The position numbers and the translations under genes were made by a program. The notes under the pieces were generated by a model, which was given only the letters and a program-made list of their open reading frames with translations, was not told the origin of the DNA and searched no databases. Positions 13,513 through 27,500 of a stretch of DNA of 64,000 nucleotides are shown here, one piece after another. This DNA is from Octopus vulgaris (Eukaryota): the NCBI GenBank assembly GCA_951406725.2, contig OX597837.1:47244001-47308000 (forward strand). The letters run 5' to 3'. Every line of letters begins with the position of its first letter. Positions within the stretch are counted from its first letter, which is position 1.

Positions 13513-13700
13513 ACTGTGATAAGAAAGTCAAAATGAGAGGGAGAGAGAAAATACCAAAGTGTCAGGACGTAGCCATTGAGTTAGAGAGGCAATGGAAAGT
13601 GTGGGTAAAATGTACCCCTGAAGTTATAAGTGCATTAGGAACTATCCCAAAAGATTTGAACAGATGGATAAAGAAAATAGGCATACAACCTAGTTAAATA
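13513..13700 (+). mobile_element. R4/Dong-like RLE endonuclease fragment
   Basis: REKIPKCQDVAIELERQWK..VISALGTIPKDL between (TAG)n and (TAA)n tracts. Confidence 0.6.
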
Positions 13701-13731
13701 ATAATAATAATAATGATAACAATAATAATAA

Positions 13732-13932
13732 TCATCATCATCATCATCATCATCATCGTTTAACGTCCGTTTTCCATGCTAGCATGGGTTGGACGGTTCG
13801 ACCGGGGATCTGGGAAGCCAGAAGGCTGCACCAGGCTCCAGTCTGATCTGGCAATGTTTCTACAGCTGGATGCCCTTCCTAACGCCAACCACTCCGTGAG
13901 TGTAGTGGGTGCTTTTTACGTGCCACCTGCAC
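13732..13932 (-). mobile_element. RTE 3' tail in a (TAA)n tract
   Basis: (CAT)n CGTTTAACGTCCGTTTTCCATGCTAGCATGGGTTGGAC. Confidence 0.85.
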
Positions 13933-13967
13933 AATAATAATAATAATGATAATAATAATAATAATAA

Positions 13968-14396
13968 AACGAGAAAGCAACCATACTCTGGGATATGCCG
14001 ATACACACAGATAGAGAAATTAAGGCCAACAGGCCAGATATAGTTGTCAGAGATCATGAAGAAAAAAAATGCTTTCTAATTGATGTATGAATACCAACAG
14101 ATGACAACGTTTCTCTAAAAGAAATGGAGAAACTTTCAAAATACAAAGACCTGGAAATAGAGGTAACTCGAATGTGGAATCTAAATACAGAAACAATTCC
14201 TATCATAGTAGGCGTATTAGGTATGATAAAAAAATATTCAGACAAATACATAACAAAAACACCAGGACTTACAACACATATAACATACAGAATATTGCAC
14301 TACTGGGCACTGCACACATCCTATGCAAAACACTTTCAATACAGTAACCATCAGAGCTCGGTAGTGAAATGAAAGCACGCTATAAAAATAAAACTA

Positions 14397-14400
<4 letters not shown>
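13968..14400 (+). mobile_element. R4/Dong-clade non-LTR retrotransposon 3' end (restriction-like endonuclease)
   Basis: LWDMPIHTDREIKANRPDIVV..CFLIDV..KEMEKLSKYKDLEIE; flanked on both sides by (TAA)n, the known Dong target. Confidence 0.85.
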
Positions 14401-14430
<30 letters not shown>

Positions 14431-14884
14431 CTACTGAATAATAATAATAATAATAAAAACTACATTTACCTTTATGAAATGTTGACTTCAACTCTGTGCT
14501 TTGTATTTACTACTATATTGTATTGATGTTTTGGGTGCAATTAATATGTATTGTATGTAAAACACAAAATAATATGGATAATGAATTTTGTTTCACTTCA
14601 CTCATTAACTTCAATATTTACTGTGAGGTAAAGTTGCGGTTGCATGTCTTGAAATTAAATTCCAGTCACTCTGGCACGGGTAGCCACCTTAAATAAGCTT
14701 CGTCCTTTGCAAATATTTCAAATGTATTTGTGCAACCATGCAGTGATGTTAGCATAACAATGACATCTCATGTCTTGGGATGAATTGTTTTAATTGGTTT
14801 TTATTATCTGAGAATCCTGAGCTCCATTACCAAGTCTGTTATTGAACCAATTATCAAATGGCAATCTTTAAAAACCCTTTGAGG

Positions 14885-14956
<72 letters not shown>

Positions 14957-15482
14957 AAGAAGAGAAAAAGAGGGAGAGGGAGAGAGGTACAGGAAAGAGG
15001 GCAGAAACAGGTGTGCTGATGTAAAGAGGATATTTGGTTACCTGACCAGAGATGAGAGCAAGAGGAGAGAGAAAGTGATCAAGAATGAGGGCAGAAATAG
15101 GTGAGCTGATGTAAAGAGGAGATACATGACAATCATGCCAGAGGGAAGAGCAAGAGAAAGAGAAAGGGAGAGTGGGAAAGAGCAAAAGTGTAAGAGAGAG
15201 CAAGAGAGAGATGGAGGTGGTGAAGTGCCAAGGTATACTCAGCAGTAACAGGGATAAGAAAATAGACGGGGGGGGGGGGGGGGTAAAGTGAGGAAGAGAC
15301 CGGTACGATGGTCAGGTATTGCCAAGAAGGCACAATTAGGGAGTGGGGATTGCAGTGGCTGGTGAAAACCTGGGTAGAAAATGGGGGTAGGAGGAAAGCA
15401 GTGAGTAGGGCAGGAAAGGGGACTGAAAGACAATGGTATTTTATGAAGAGGAAGATGCAGTTTGGAAGAGGAGATGTAGTTC

Positions 15483-18340
15483 AGTTTGTTGAGGTAGTGT
15501 GTGTGAAAAGTTTGTTGAGGTAGTGTGTGTGAAAAGTTTGTTGAGGTAGTGTGTGTGAAAAGTTTGTTGAGGTAGTGTGTGTGAAAAGTTTGTTGAGGTA
15601 GTGTGTGTGAAAAGTTTGTTGAGGTAGTGTGTGTGAAAAGTTTGTTGAGGTAGTGTGTGTGAAAAGTTTGTTGAGGTAGTGTGTGTGAAAAGTTTGTTGA
15701 GGTAGGGTGTGTGAAAAGTTTGTTGAGGTAGGGTGTGTGAAAAGTTTGTTGAGGTAGGGTGTGTGAAAAGTTTGTTGAGGTAGTGTGTGTGAAAAGTTTG
15801 TTGAGGTAGTGTGTGCGAAAAGTTTGTTGAGGTAGTGTGTGTGAAAAGTTTGTTGAGGTAGTGTGTGTGAAAAGTTTGTTGAGGTAGTGTGTGTGAAAAG
15901 TTTGTTGAGGTAGTGTGTGTGAAAAGTTTGTTGAGGTAGTGTGTGTGAAAAGTTTGTTGAGGTAGTGTGTGTGTTTGTTGAAAAGTTTGTTGAGGTAGTG
16001 TGTGTGAAAAGTTTGTTGAGTGTGTGGTTGTTGAGGTGTGTGTGTGAAAAGTTTGTTGAGGTAGTGTGTGAAAAGTTTGTTGAGGTAGTGTGTGTGAAAA
16101 GTTTGTTGAGGTAGTGTGTGTGAAAAGTTTGTTGAGGTAGTGTGTGAAAAGTTTGTTGAGGTAGTGTGTGGAAAAGTTTGTTGAGGTAGTGTGTGTGAAA
16201 AGTTTGTTGAGGTAGTGTGTGTGAAAAGTTTGTTGAGGTAGTGTGTGTGAAAAGTTTGTTGAGGTAGTGTGTGTGAAAAGTTTGTTGAGGTAGTGTGTGT
16301 GAAAAGTTTGTTGAGGTAGTGTGTGTGAAAAGTTTGTTGAGGTAGTGTGTGTGAAAAGTTTGTTGAGGTAGTGTGTGTGAAAAGTTTGTTGAGGTAGTGT
16401 GTGTGAAAAGTTTGTTGAGGTAGTGTGTGTGAAAAGTTTGTTGAGGTAGTGTGTGGAAAAGTTTGTTGAGGTAGTGTGTGTGAAAAGTTTGTTGAGGTAG
16501 TGTGTGTGAAAAGTTTGTTGAGGTAGGTGTGTGAAAAGTTTGTTGAGGTAGTGTGTGTGAAAAGTTTGTTGAGGTAGTGTGTGTGAAAAGTTTGTTGAGG
16601 TAGTGTGTGTGAAAAGTTTGTTGAGGTAGTGTGAAAAGTTTGTTGAGGTAGGTGTGTGAAAAGTTTGTTGAGGTAGTGTGTGTGAAAAGTTTGTTGAGGT
16701 AGTGTGTGTGTGAAAAGTTTGTTGAGGTAGTTTGAAAAGTTTGTTGAGGTAGTGTGTGTGAAAAGTTTGTTGAGGTAGTGTGTGTGAAAAGTTTGTTGAG
16801 GTAGTGTGTGTGAAAAGTTTGTTGAGGTAGTGTGTGTGAAAAGTTTGTTGAGGTAGTGTGTGTGAAAAGTTTGTTGAGGTAGTGTGTGTGAAAAGTTTGT
16901 TGAGGTAGTGTGTGTGAAAAGTTTGTTGAGGTAGTGTGTGTGAAAAGTTTGTTGAGGTAGGGTGTGTGAAAAGTTTGTTGAGGTAGTGTGTGTGAAAAGT
17001 TTGTTGAGGTAGTGTGTGAAAAGTTTGTTGAGGTAGTGTGTGTGAAAAGTTTGTTGAGGTAGGGTGTGTGAAAAGTTTGTTGAGGTAGTGTGTGTGAAAA
17101 GTTTGTTGAGGTAGTGTGTGTGAAAAGTTTGTTGAGGTAGTGTGTGTGAAAAGTTTGTTGAGGTAGTGTGTGTGAAAAGTTTGTTGAGGTAGGGTGTGTG
17201 AAAAGGTTGTTGAGGTAGTGTGTGTGAAAAGTTTGTTGAGGTAGGGTGTGTGAAAAGTTTGTTGAGGTAGTATGTGTGAAAAGTTTGTTGAGGTAGTGTG
17301 TGTGAAAAGTTTGTTGAGGTAGGGTGTGTGAAAAGTTTGTCGAGGTAGTGTGTGTGAAAAGTTTGTTGAGGTAGTGTGTGTGAAAAGTTTGTTGAGGTAG
17401 GGTGTGTGAAAAGTTTGTTGAGGTAGTGTGTGTGAAAAGTTTGTTGAGGTAGGGTGTGTGAAAAGTTTGTTGAGGTAGTGTGTGTGAAAAGTTTGTTGAG
17501 GTAGTGTGCGTGAAAAGTTTGTTGAGGTAGTGTGTGTGAAAAGTTTGTTGACGTAGTGTGTGTGAAAAGTTTGTTGAGGTAGTGTGCGTGAAAAGTTTTG
17601 TGAGGTAGTGTGTGTGAAAAGTTTGTTGAGGTAGGGTGTGTGAAAAGTTTGTTGAGGTAGTGTGTGTGAAAAGTTTGTTGAGGTAGTGTGTGTGAAAAGT
17701 TTGTTGAGGTAGGGTATGTGAAAAGTTTGTTGAGGTAGTGTGTGTGAAAAGTTTGTTGAGGTAGGGTGTGTGAAAAGTTTGTTGAGGTAGTGTGTGTGAA
17801 AAGTTTGTTGAGGTAGTGTGTGTGAAAAGTTTGTTGAGGTAGTGTGTGTGAAAAGTTTGTTGAGGTAGTGTGAGTGAAAAGTTTGTTGAGGTAGGGTGTG
17901 TGAAAAGTTTGTTGAGGTAGTGTGTGTGAAAAGTTTGTTGAGGTAGTGTGTGTGAAAAGTTTGTTGAGGTAGTGTGTGTGAAAAGTTTGTTGAGGTAGTG
18001 TGTGTGAAAAGTTTGTTGAGGTAGTGTGTGTGAAAAGTTTGTTGAGGTAGTGTGTGTGAAAAGTATGCTGAGGTAGGGAGTGTGAAAAGTTTGTTGAGGT
18101 AGTGTGTGTGAAAAGTTTGTTGAGGTAGTGTGTGTGAAAAGTTTGTTGAGGTAGTGTGTGTGAAAAGTTTGTTGAGGTAGTGTGTTTGAAAAGTTTGTTG
18201 AGGTAGGGTGTGTGAAAAGTTTGTTGAGGTAGTGTGTGTGAAAAGTTTGTTGAGGTAGTGTGTGTGAAAAGTTTGTTGAGGTAGTGTGTGTGAAAAGTTT
18301 GTTGAGGTAGGGTGTGTGAAAAGTTTGTTGAGGTAGGGTG
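15483..18340. repeat. 26-bp tandem satellite, about 110 copies (GTTTGTTGAGGTAGTGTGTGTGAAAA)
   Basis: Direct reading; highly homogeneous with occasional GT-dinucleotide indels and a recurrent T>G variant. Confidence 0.98.
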
Positions 18341-18344
18341 GGAC

Positions 18345-18865
18345 ACAACACTTGTAGCACCCAGTTTCACTGACACAACTGGGTCTTCTCTAGAACCTCA
18401 TGTCCCTAAACATCTCGGTCCTTTGTCATGTCCTCCGTGAGTCCTAACATCCTAAGATCAGTCCTCACCACTTCATCCCATGTCTTCCTGCCCCCCCCCC
18501 TTCCACAGGTACCGTCCACTTTCAGTGACAGACACTTCTATACACAGCTGTCTTCACTCATACACATCACATGTCCAAACCAACGCATTCTCCTCTCCTG
18601 CAGACCACATTTAATCCTTCTTCTTATTCCTAACTTTTCTCTCAACACAGTTGTGCTTTGTCGGTCACGCACACTGATGTTGCAAATCCAACAGGGCATC
18701 CTACCTTTATTCCTCTCCAGCCTATGCATGCGATCCGCAGTCAGAGCCCATATCTCACTACCATGTAATATAGCTGTTCTCATGCAAGTATCATACAATC
18801 TACCTTTCACTCTGAGAGAGGGTCCTTTTGCTGCCAACAGAAGTAGTAGCTCTCTAAACTTCATT
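18345..18865 (-). mobile_element. RTE LINE C-terminal fragment
   Basis: KFRELL..KGRLYDTCMRTAILHGSEIW..ERRMRWFGHV; ORF end lies about 50 nt from the satellite. Confidence 0.9.
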
Positions 18866-18929
18866 CGATTCTTGCAATAACTATCTGCTATCTCAAAAGA
18901 GCCTCCGGGGCTTTTGATATATGTGGGCT

Positions 18930-19175
18930 TTTTCAGTTTTCATCAACCAAAGCCTTGTGAATAGATTTGGTAGACGGAAACTGAAAGAAGCTCATCATAT
19001 ATATGTATATGTATATATGTGTGTGTGAGTGTTTGTGTGTCTGTGTTTGTCCCCCCAACATTGCTTGACAACCGGTGCTGGTGATTGTACGACCCTGTAA
19101 CTTAGCAGTTTGGCAATAGAGACCGATAGAATACGTACTAGGCTTACAAAGAATAAGTCCTGGGGTCGATTTGCT
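18930..19175 (+). mobile_element. SINE (family A) 3' part
   Basis: GATTTGGTAGACGGAAACTGAAAGAAG...AATAAGTCCTGGGGTCGATTTG shared with 30398-30785. Confidence 0.75.
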
Positions 19176-19917
19176 ATTAAACTGAATTTCAATTGAAGCA
19201 ATTTTTGTCTTCATTTAAATGCATTGCTTCTAAGACAGGTAATAATTGGCTCTTTGAAATTCCACTAGACAAGGAATACTCAACCAGCTGTCAGCTAATT
19301 CACTTCCAATTTTTCAGTTTTACTCTTTCCGCCGATGTCCACGTTCCTCAAGCAGTCCAAGAGTCAGTAGTGAGGAATGTCATTGTAGGTTTACCTCTAG
19401 TCTCTTCAATCAACAGCAAACTTCTTCCTTATTCACACCTCACCTTAATATTATGCATTTGATATACAACACATCAGCAGTTCCCCTTCATTTCCTTCTG
19501 AATCTCTTTTTGCTCTTTCGGTAAGAGATTCTTTTTCTTCAGAAAGTTATGCAATGCATCTACTTTGAGATCAGTCAATAATATCCAGAATAATGGTAAA
19601 CATAGGCGTGTAATTAATGATCATCTCTCTCCCTCTCTCTTCTTCTGTATCAGCACTGTCTTTCTTTTTGTCATCCATGTCAGCATACTATTTCCTACAT
19701 TGTCAGTAAGAAACGGTTGTTTATGGTTTGTGCTTGAATAAGATTCTGAAGCCAGACTCTCAGAACATCATTTTCTGAAACATCTTTTCATTTCCTCATC
19801 TGTAATATTTATACTCTCTTGTTTTCATCTATTTTCCATTTTGCTTTTCTGCAACCAGTTTGATTCCCTGCTGATTCCCTGCTATGTTGAATCTCTTTGC
19901 CTTAAATATATAACCAA

Positions 19918-21640
19918 AGGTGGCGAGCTGGCAGAAACGTTAGCACGTCGGGCGAAATGCTTAGCGCTATTTCATCTGCCGTTACGTTCTGAGTTCAAAT
20001 TCTGCCGAGGTCAACTTTGCCTTTCATCCTTTCGGGGTTCATAAATAAAGTACCAGTTACGCACTGAGGTCGATGTAATCGACTTAATCCGTTTGTCTGT
20101 CCTTGTTTGTCCCCTTGTATGTACTGGGGTTGATAAAATCAACAATCCCTACCCCCCAATTTCAGGCCTTGTGCCTATAATAGAAAGGATTATTATTATT
20201 ATTATTATTAGCACTAGGGTTGATATAATTGATTAATCCCATACCCCCAAAATATCAGGTCTTGTGCCTATAGTAGAAAGGATTATTATTATCATTAAGG
20301 CAGCAAGCTGCTAGAATCGTTAGAATGCCAGGCAAAATGCTCAGTGGCATTTCCTCCATCTCTATTATAGGCACAAGGCCTGAAATTTGGGGTAAGGGAT
20401 TGTTGATTGTATCAACCCCAGTATTCAACTGTTACTTATTTTATCAACCACGAAAGGATGAAATATAAATTTGACCCCAGTGGAATTTGAACCCAGAACG
20501 TAGCAATGGGTGAAGAAATACCATGATTAAACACCACCAATTGCAAAACCCTATGAATTTTGTACCAACCGAATAATAGCCCGGGTGAAATAGGAGGAAA
20601 GTAGCTTAGTACGATGGCTAAATGAGACATGAATTTGTGAAAGAATGAGACCACCAGCTTTTCCCTATTGTAGGGGAAAATACTAGAGTTGGTAGTTAAG
20701 AAGCTGGATGAGCTGTTAACAGAAATCCCAGTTGATAATGTAAGAGATGTAAATAACCACTGTGGAATTTCCAGCAAAAACAAAGAAAAAAAGGTTGCAA
20801 AGACATCTGCTGAAAATGGAAATTTGAGAATCAAGGTGACCCGACTGAATAGAAATCTTAGAAGGAAAAATGTAATAATATATAAGAAGATAGTGAAGGA
20901 CAGACATGAACTGTCTCCAAAGAAAGTGCACTGGACCCTGAAAATGATAGGTAACTGAAAGAGGAGTTAAGGCAATGTCAAATAAAAAAAGTTACCAACA
21001 AAGAATGAGCCAATATCAACAGAACAAGCTTTTCAAAGACAATAGAAGGAAATTTTACTAATTGCTGAACAGTAAAAATGGACATCAAGAGATTGATGTT
21101 TTAAATGCTGTAGAAGCAAAAAAGTTTTTGTTATATATGTTTCTTTATTACCCAAAAGGGTTGATAAAATAGGGACCAGTGGATCACTGGGTTTGATGTA
21201 ATTGACTACCCCCCACCCCCGCAAGTTCCAGGCCTTGTGCCTATAGGGGAAAGGATCATTATTATCATTATTGCTGAGGAGACAAGCATGGAAAACCCTC
21301 AGCATGCAGCACAAAATGCTTAATGACATTTTGATCCCTTTTTACGTTCTGAGTTCAAATTATGCCATGGTCAACTTTGCCTTTCATCCCTTTGGGGGGG
21401 GGGGGTCAATGAAATAAGTACCAGTTATGCACTGGAGTCAATGTAAGTGATTACCTCCTCCCTTGAAACTGCTGACCTTGTGCAAAAATTTGAAACCATT
21501 ATTATTATTATTAAGGTGTGGAACTGGCAGAATCATTAACCTGCCGGACAAAGTGCTTAGCAGTATTTCTGCAGGTTTTATGTTCCAAGTTCATATACCC
21601 TTCATTCCTTTAGGTTTGATAAAATAATGTAGCAGTCAGT
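19918..21640. mobile_element. Cluster of family B SINE copies around an old LINE-like fragment (about 20530-21100)
   Basis: GGCGAGCTGGCAGAAACGTTAGCAC...GAGTTCAAATT...AAGTACCAG repeated in both orientations with (ATT)n tails. Confidence 0.7.
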
Positions 21641-22370
21641 AAGAGGCATCAGATGTGGTGTGCAAGAGAGACGACTGTGCTGGTATGGTCATGTGATGTG
21701 TATGGATGAGGACAGTTGTGTGAAGTGCCGATCTCTAACTGTGGAGGGAACCTGTGGTAGAGGTAGACCCAGGAAGACATGGGACAAGGTGGTGAAGCAT
21801 GACCTTTGAACTTTGAACTTCACAGAGATAATAACCGGTGACTGACCCTTGGTGATGTGCTCTACTTAAAGAGGACCTGTCAAGCCAGATGCACCTGTGC
21901 TGGTGGTATGGAAAATAATCACCCCTTGAATGTCGGGCCTCATGGGGACAAAGTGGCTGAGTACCTTTCAGGCATTGGGCCTGACGAAGGCAAAGTGGTA
22001 GGGTTCCTTTTGAGTGTTAGGCCTCATGGAGGCAAAGTGGCTGAATTTCTTTCGAGTGTTGGGCTTCACAGAGGCAATGACCAAGACCTTTGGTATTATG
22101 TCATGCTTGAGAAGACCCTAACCCATCAAGCTGAGCAAAATCACAATCATGACAGATACCAGTGTCATGCAAATGGCACCCGTGCCAGTGGCACATAAAA
22201 GCACCCATTACACTCTTGGAGTGGTTGGCATTGGGAAAGGCATCCAACTGTAGAAGACCATGTCAAATCAGACTGGATCCTGGTGCAGCCTTCCAGTGTG
22301 CCAGCCATGGTCAAATCGTCCAACCCATGCCAGCATGAACAACGGACGTTAAATGATGATGATGATGATG
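21640..22370 (+). mobile_element. RTE LINE 3' end with UTR and (GAT)n tail
   Basis: [24 protein letters not shown] followed by the conserved tail. Confidence 0.85.
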
Positions 22371-22399
22371 AATACATATATACAATATATATATACAAT

Positions 22400-22963
22400 A
22401 TATCACAGACCAAGTCTGTGGTTGGTGCAAATTCCCTTCCAGAACTAGAGTTACGTGGTGGTGGAATAGTTCCGTAGACAAAGTCATTAGAGCAAAGAAA
22501 CAGGCCTGGAAAACCTGGAAGGGTTGGGGTAGCAGGGAACAGTACCAGGTAGCCAAAAGGGAGGCTGGGTGGCAGGTATACATAGCCAAGAGCAAAGTGG
22601 AAAAGAAGATGTTTGCCAATGTCCAGCAACATGAGGACCAAAGAACTAAGGTATTTCGGATTGCAAGACAGTGTGTGAGAGAAAATTGTAATGTCACAGG
22701 AGAGAAATGTGTCCGCATGGATGATGGTGCACTTGCTTTAAATGATGGTGAAAAGAAAGAGGCTTGGAGAAGCCATTATAAAAGACTGCTGAATGTGGAG
22801 AATGAATGGGAGGAGGAGAGCCTGCCAAGTGTTGACCCAGTAGAGGGACCAGCTATCCGAAAAGACAGCTCCCTAGTAGATAAAGCAATTAAGGGTATGA
22901 AGCCAGGAAGAGGTCCCAGCCTATCAGGAATCACTGCTGAGATGCTTAAAACATCTGGTGGGG
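22400..22963 (+). mobile_element. RTE LINE internal fragment
   Basis: ORF 22597-23046 (VFRIARQC..AWRSHYKRLLNVENEW..SGITAEMLK), homologous to 5450-5870. Confidence 0.85.
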
Positions 22964-22981
22964 TATATATATATATATATA

Positions 22982-23127
22982 TAAAATTCGAAAAAAAACC
23001 CCACCTTTTATCAATTCAAAATGAACAATTGAACTACACCATCTAGAAAATTACATATATAAATAGATGGTGTAATTTAATCGTTCATTTTGAATTGATA
23101 AAAGGTGGGGTTATTTCTAATTTTTTA
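22982..23127. repeat. Foldback inverted repeat (about 64-bp arms)
   Basis: CCCCACCTTTTATCAATTCAAAATGAAC ... GTTCATTTTGAATTGATAAAAGGTGGGG. Confidence 0.9.
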
Positions 23128-23219
23128 TATATATATTATATTGTGTGAAATTTGATTTAGTATTTCTAAATTGAATTTTTTTCCTTGTAAGTCTGGATTT
23201 TATTCCCTCAAATAATAAT

Positions 23220-24522
<1,303 letters not shown>

Positions 24523-27500
24523 CATCATCATCATCATCATCATCATTTAGCGTCCGTTTTCCATGCTAGCATGGGTTGGACGGTTCAACTGGGGTCTGGG
24601 GAGCCCGAAGGCTGCACCAGGCCAGTCAGATCTGGCAGTGTTTCTACAGCTGGATGCCCTTCCTAACGCCAACCACTCCGAGAGTGTAGTGGGTGATTTT
24701 ATGTGCCACCGACACAGGTGCCAGACGAGGCTGGCGAACGGCCACGCTCGGATGGTGTTTTTATGTGCCACCGACACAGGTGCCAGACGAGGCTGGCAGA
24801 CGGCCACGCTCGGATGGTGTTTTTATGTGCCACCGACACAGGTGCCAGATGAGGCTGGCGGACGGCCACGATCGGATGGTGTTTGTTACGTCCCCAAAGC
24901 ACGGAGGCCAGTCTATGCGGTACTGGCTACGGCCACGTTCGGATGATTTTCTTGTGTGCCACCGGCACTGGTACCACAAAGATACAAATTCCATTGATGT
25001 TCATCTATTTTGATTTGTTTTGATTTGATTTGATTTTCACTTGCCTCAACAGGTCTTCACAAGTGTCACAAGAAGGAAGGTATGCACAGGTGGACTGACT
25101 ACGTCCCAGGTAGGGGCCACGGGTTATGGCCTGACTAGTCTTGCCGGGTCTTCGGATGGTGTTTTTATGTGCCACCGACACAGGTGCCAGATGAGGCTGG
25201 CGAACGGCCACGATCGGATGGTGTTTGTTGCGTGCCCACAGCACGGAGGCCAGTCGATGCGGTACTGGCTACGGCCACGTTCGAATGGTTTTCTTGTGTG
25301 CCACCGGCACTGGTACCACAAGATACAAATTCCATTGATGTTCATCTATTTTGATTTGTTTTGATTTGATTTGATTTTCACTTGCCTCAACAGGTCTTCA
25401 CAGGTCTTCACAAGTGTCACAAGAAGGAAGGAAGGTATGCACAGGTGGACTGACTACGTCCCAAGTAGGGGCCATGGGTTATGGCCTGACTAGTCTTGCC
25501 GGGTCTTCGGTTGGTGTTTTTATGTGCCACCGACACAGGTGCCAGATGAGGCTGGCGGACGGCCACGATCGGATGGTGTTTGTTATGTGCCCACATCACA
25601 GAGGCCAGTCGATGCGGTACTGGCTACGGCCACGTTCGGATGGTTTTCTTGTGTGCCACCGGTACTGGTACCACAAAGATACAAATTCCATTGATGTTCA
25701 TCTATTTTGATTTGGTTTGATTTGATTTGATTTGATTTTGATTTTCACTTGCCTCAACAGGTCTACACAAGTGTCACACACTTGCCTCAACAGGTCTTCA
25801 CAAGTGTCATAAGTAGGAAGGTATGCACAGCTGGACTGACTACGTCGCCGGGTCTTCGGATGGTGTTTTTATGTGCCACCGACACAGGTGCCAGATGAGG
25901 CTGGCGAACGGCCACGATCGGATGGTTTTCTTGTGTGCCACCGGTACTGGAACCACAAAGATACAAATTCCATTGATGTTCATCTATTTTGATTTGGTTT
26001 GATTTTCACTTGCCTCAACAGGTCTTCACAAGTTTGGTTTGATTTTCACTTGCCTCAACAGGTCTTCACAAGTGTCACACACTTGCCTCAACAGGTCTCC
26101 ACAAGTGTCACACACTTGCCTCTGCCTCAACAGGTCTTCACAAAGTGTCACACACTTGCCTCTGCCTCAACAGGTCTTCACAAGTGTCACACACTTGCCT
26201 CAACAGGTCTTCACAAGTGTCATAAGAGGGAAGGTATGCACAGGTGGACTGACTACGTCGCCGGGTCTTCGGATGGTGTCTTTATGTGCCACCGACACAG
26301 GTGCCAGATGAGGCTGGCGAACGGCCACGATCGGATGGTTTTCTTGTGTGCCACCGGTACTGGAACCACAAAGATACAAATTCCATTGATGTTCATCTAT
26401 TTTGATTTGGTTTGATTTTCACTTGCCTCAACAGGTCTTCACAAGTTTGGTTTGATTTTCACTTGCCTCAACAGGTCTTCACAAGTGTCACACGTGTCAC
26501 ACACTTGCCTCTGCCTCAACAGGTCTTCACAAAGTGTCACACACTTGCCTCTGCCTCAACAGGTCTTCACAAGTGTCACACACTTGCCTCAACAGGTCTT
26601 CACAAGTGTCATAAGAGGGAAGGTATGCACAGGTGGACTGACTACGTCGCCGGGTCTTCGGATGGTGTTTTTATGTGCCACCGACACAGGTGCCAGATGA
26701 GGCTGGCGAACGGCCACGATCAGATGGTGTTTGTTGTGCCCACAGCACGGAGGCCAGTCGATGCGGTACTGGCTACGGCCACGTTCGGATGGTTTTCTTG
26801 TGTGCCACCGGTACTGGAACCACAAAGATACAAATTCCATTGATGTTCATCTATTTTGATTTGGTTTGATTTGATTTTGATTTTCACTTGCCTCAACAGG
26901 TCTTCACAAGGGTCACACACTTGCCTCAACAGGTCTCCACAAGTGTCACACACTTGCCTCTGCCTCAACAGGTCTTCACAAGTGTCACACACTTGCCTCA
27001 ACAGGTCTTCACAAGTGTCATAAGAGGGAAGGTATGCACAGGTGGACTGACTACGTCGCCGGGTCTTCGGATGGTGTCTTTATGTGCCACCGACACAGGT
27101 GCCAGATGAGGCTGGCGAACGGCCACGATTGGATGGTGTTTGTTGTGCCCACAGCACGGAGGCCAGTCGATGCGGTACTGGCTACGGCCACGTTTGGGTA
27201 CCACAAAGAATACAATTCCACTGATGTTCATCTATTTTGATTTGTTTTGATTTGATTTTCACTTGCCTCAACAGGTCTTCATAAGTGTCACAAGAAGGAA
27301 GGTATGCACAGGAGGACTGACTACGTCCCAGGTAGGGGCCACGGGTTATGGCCTGACTAGTCTTGCCGGGTCTTCTCACGCACAGCATACTTCCATAGGT
27401 CTCGGTCTCTAGACATTTCCTTAGTGAGACCTAAAGTTCGAAGGTCGTGCTTCACCACCTCGTCCCAGGTTTTCCTGGGTCTACCTCTTCCACAGGTTCC

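Noticed and set aside
15483-18340. CRISPR array, telomere or let-7 gene cluster interpretation
   Set aside because: No unique spacers, no TTAGGG, and the almost C-free + strand cannot fold a pre-miRNA hairpin
15239-18376. 1045-aa and 959-aa His/Thr-rich ORFs
   Set aside because: The 26-bp unit has no stop in any minus frame, is not a multiple of 3, and tolerates frameshifting indels; satellite artefact
24695-27360. CRISPR-like repeat-spacer pattern
   Set aside because: The intervening segments are themselves repeated pieces of the RTE UTR; eukaryotic context, no cas genes
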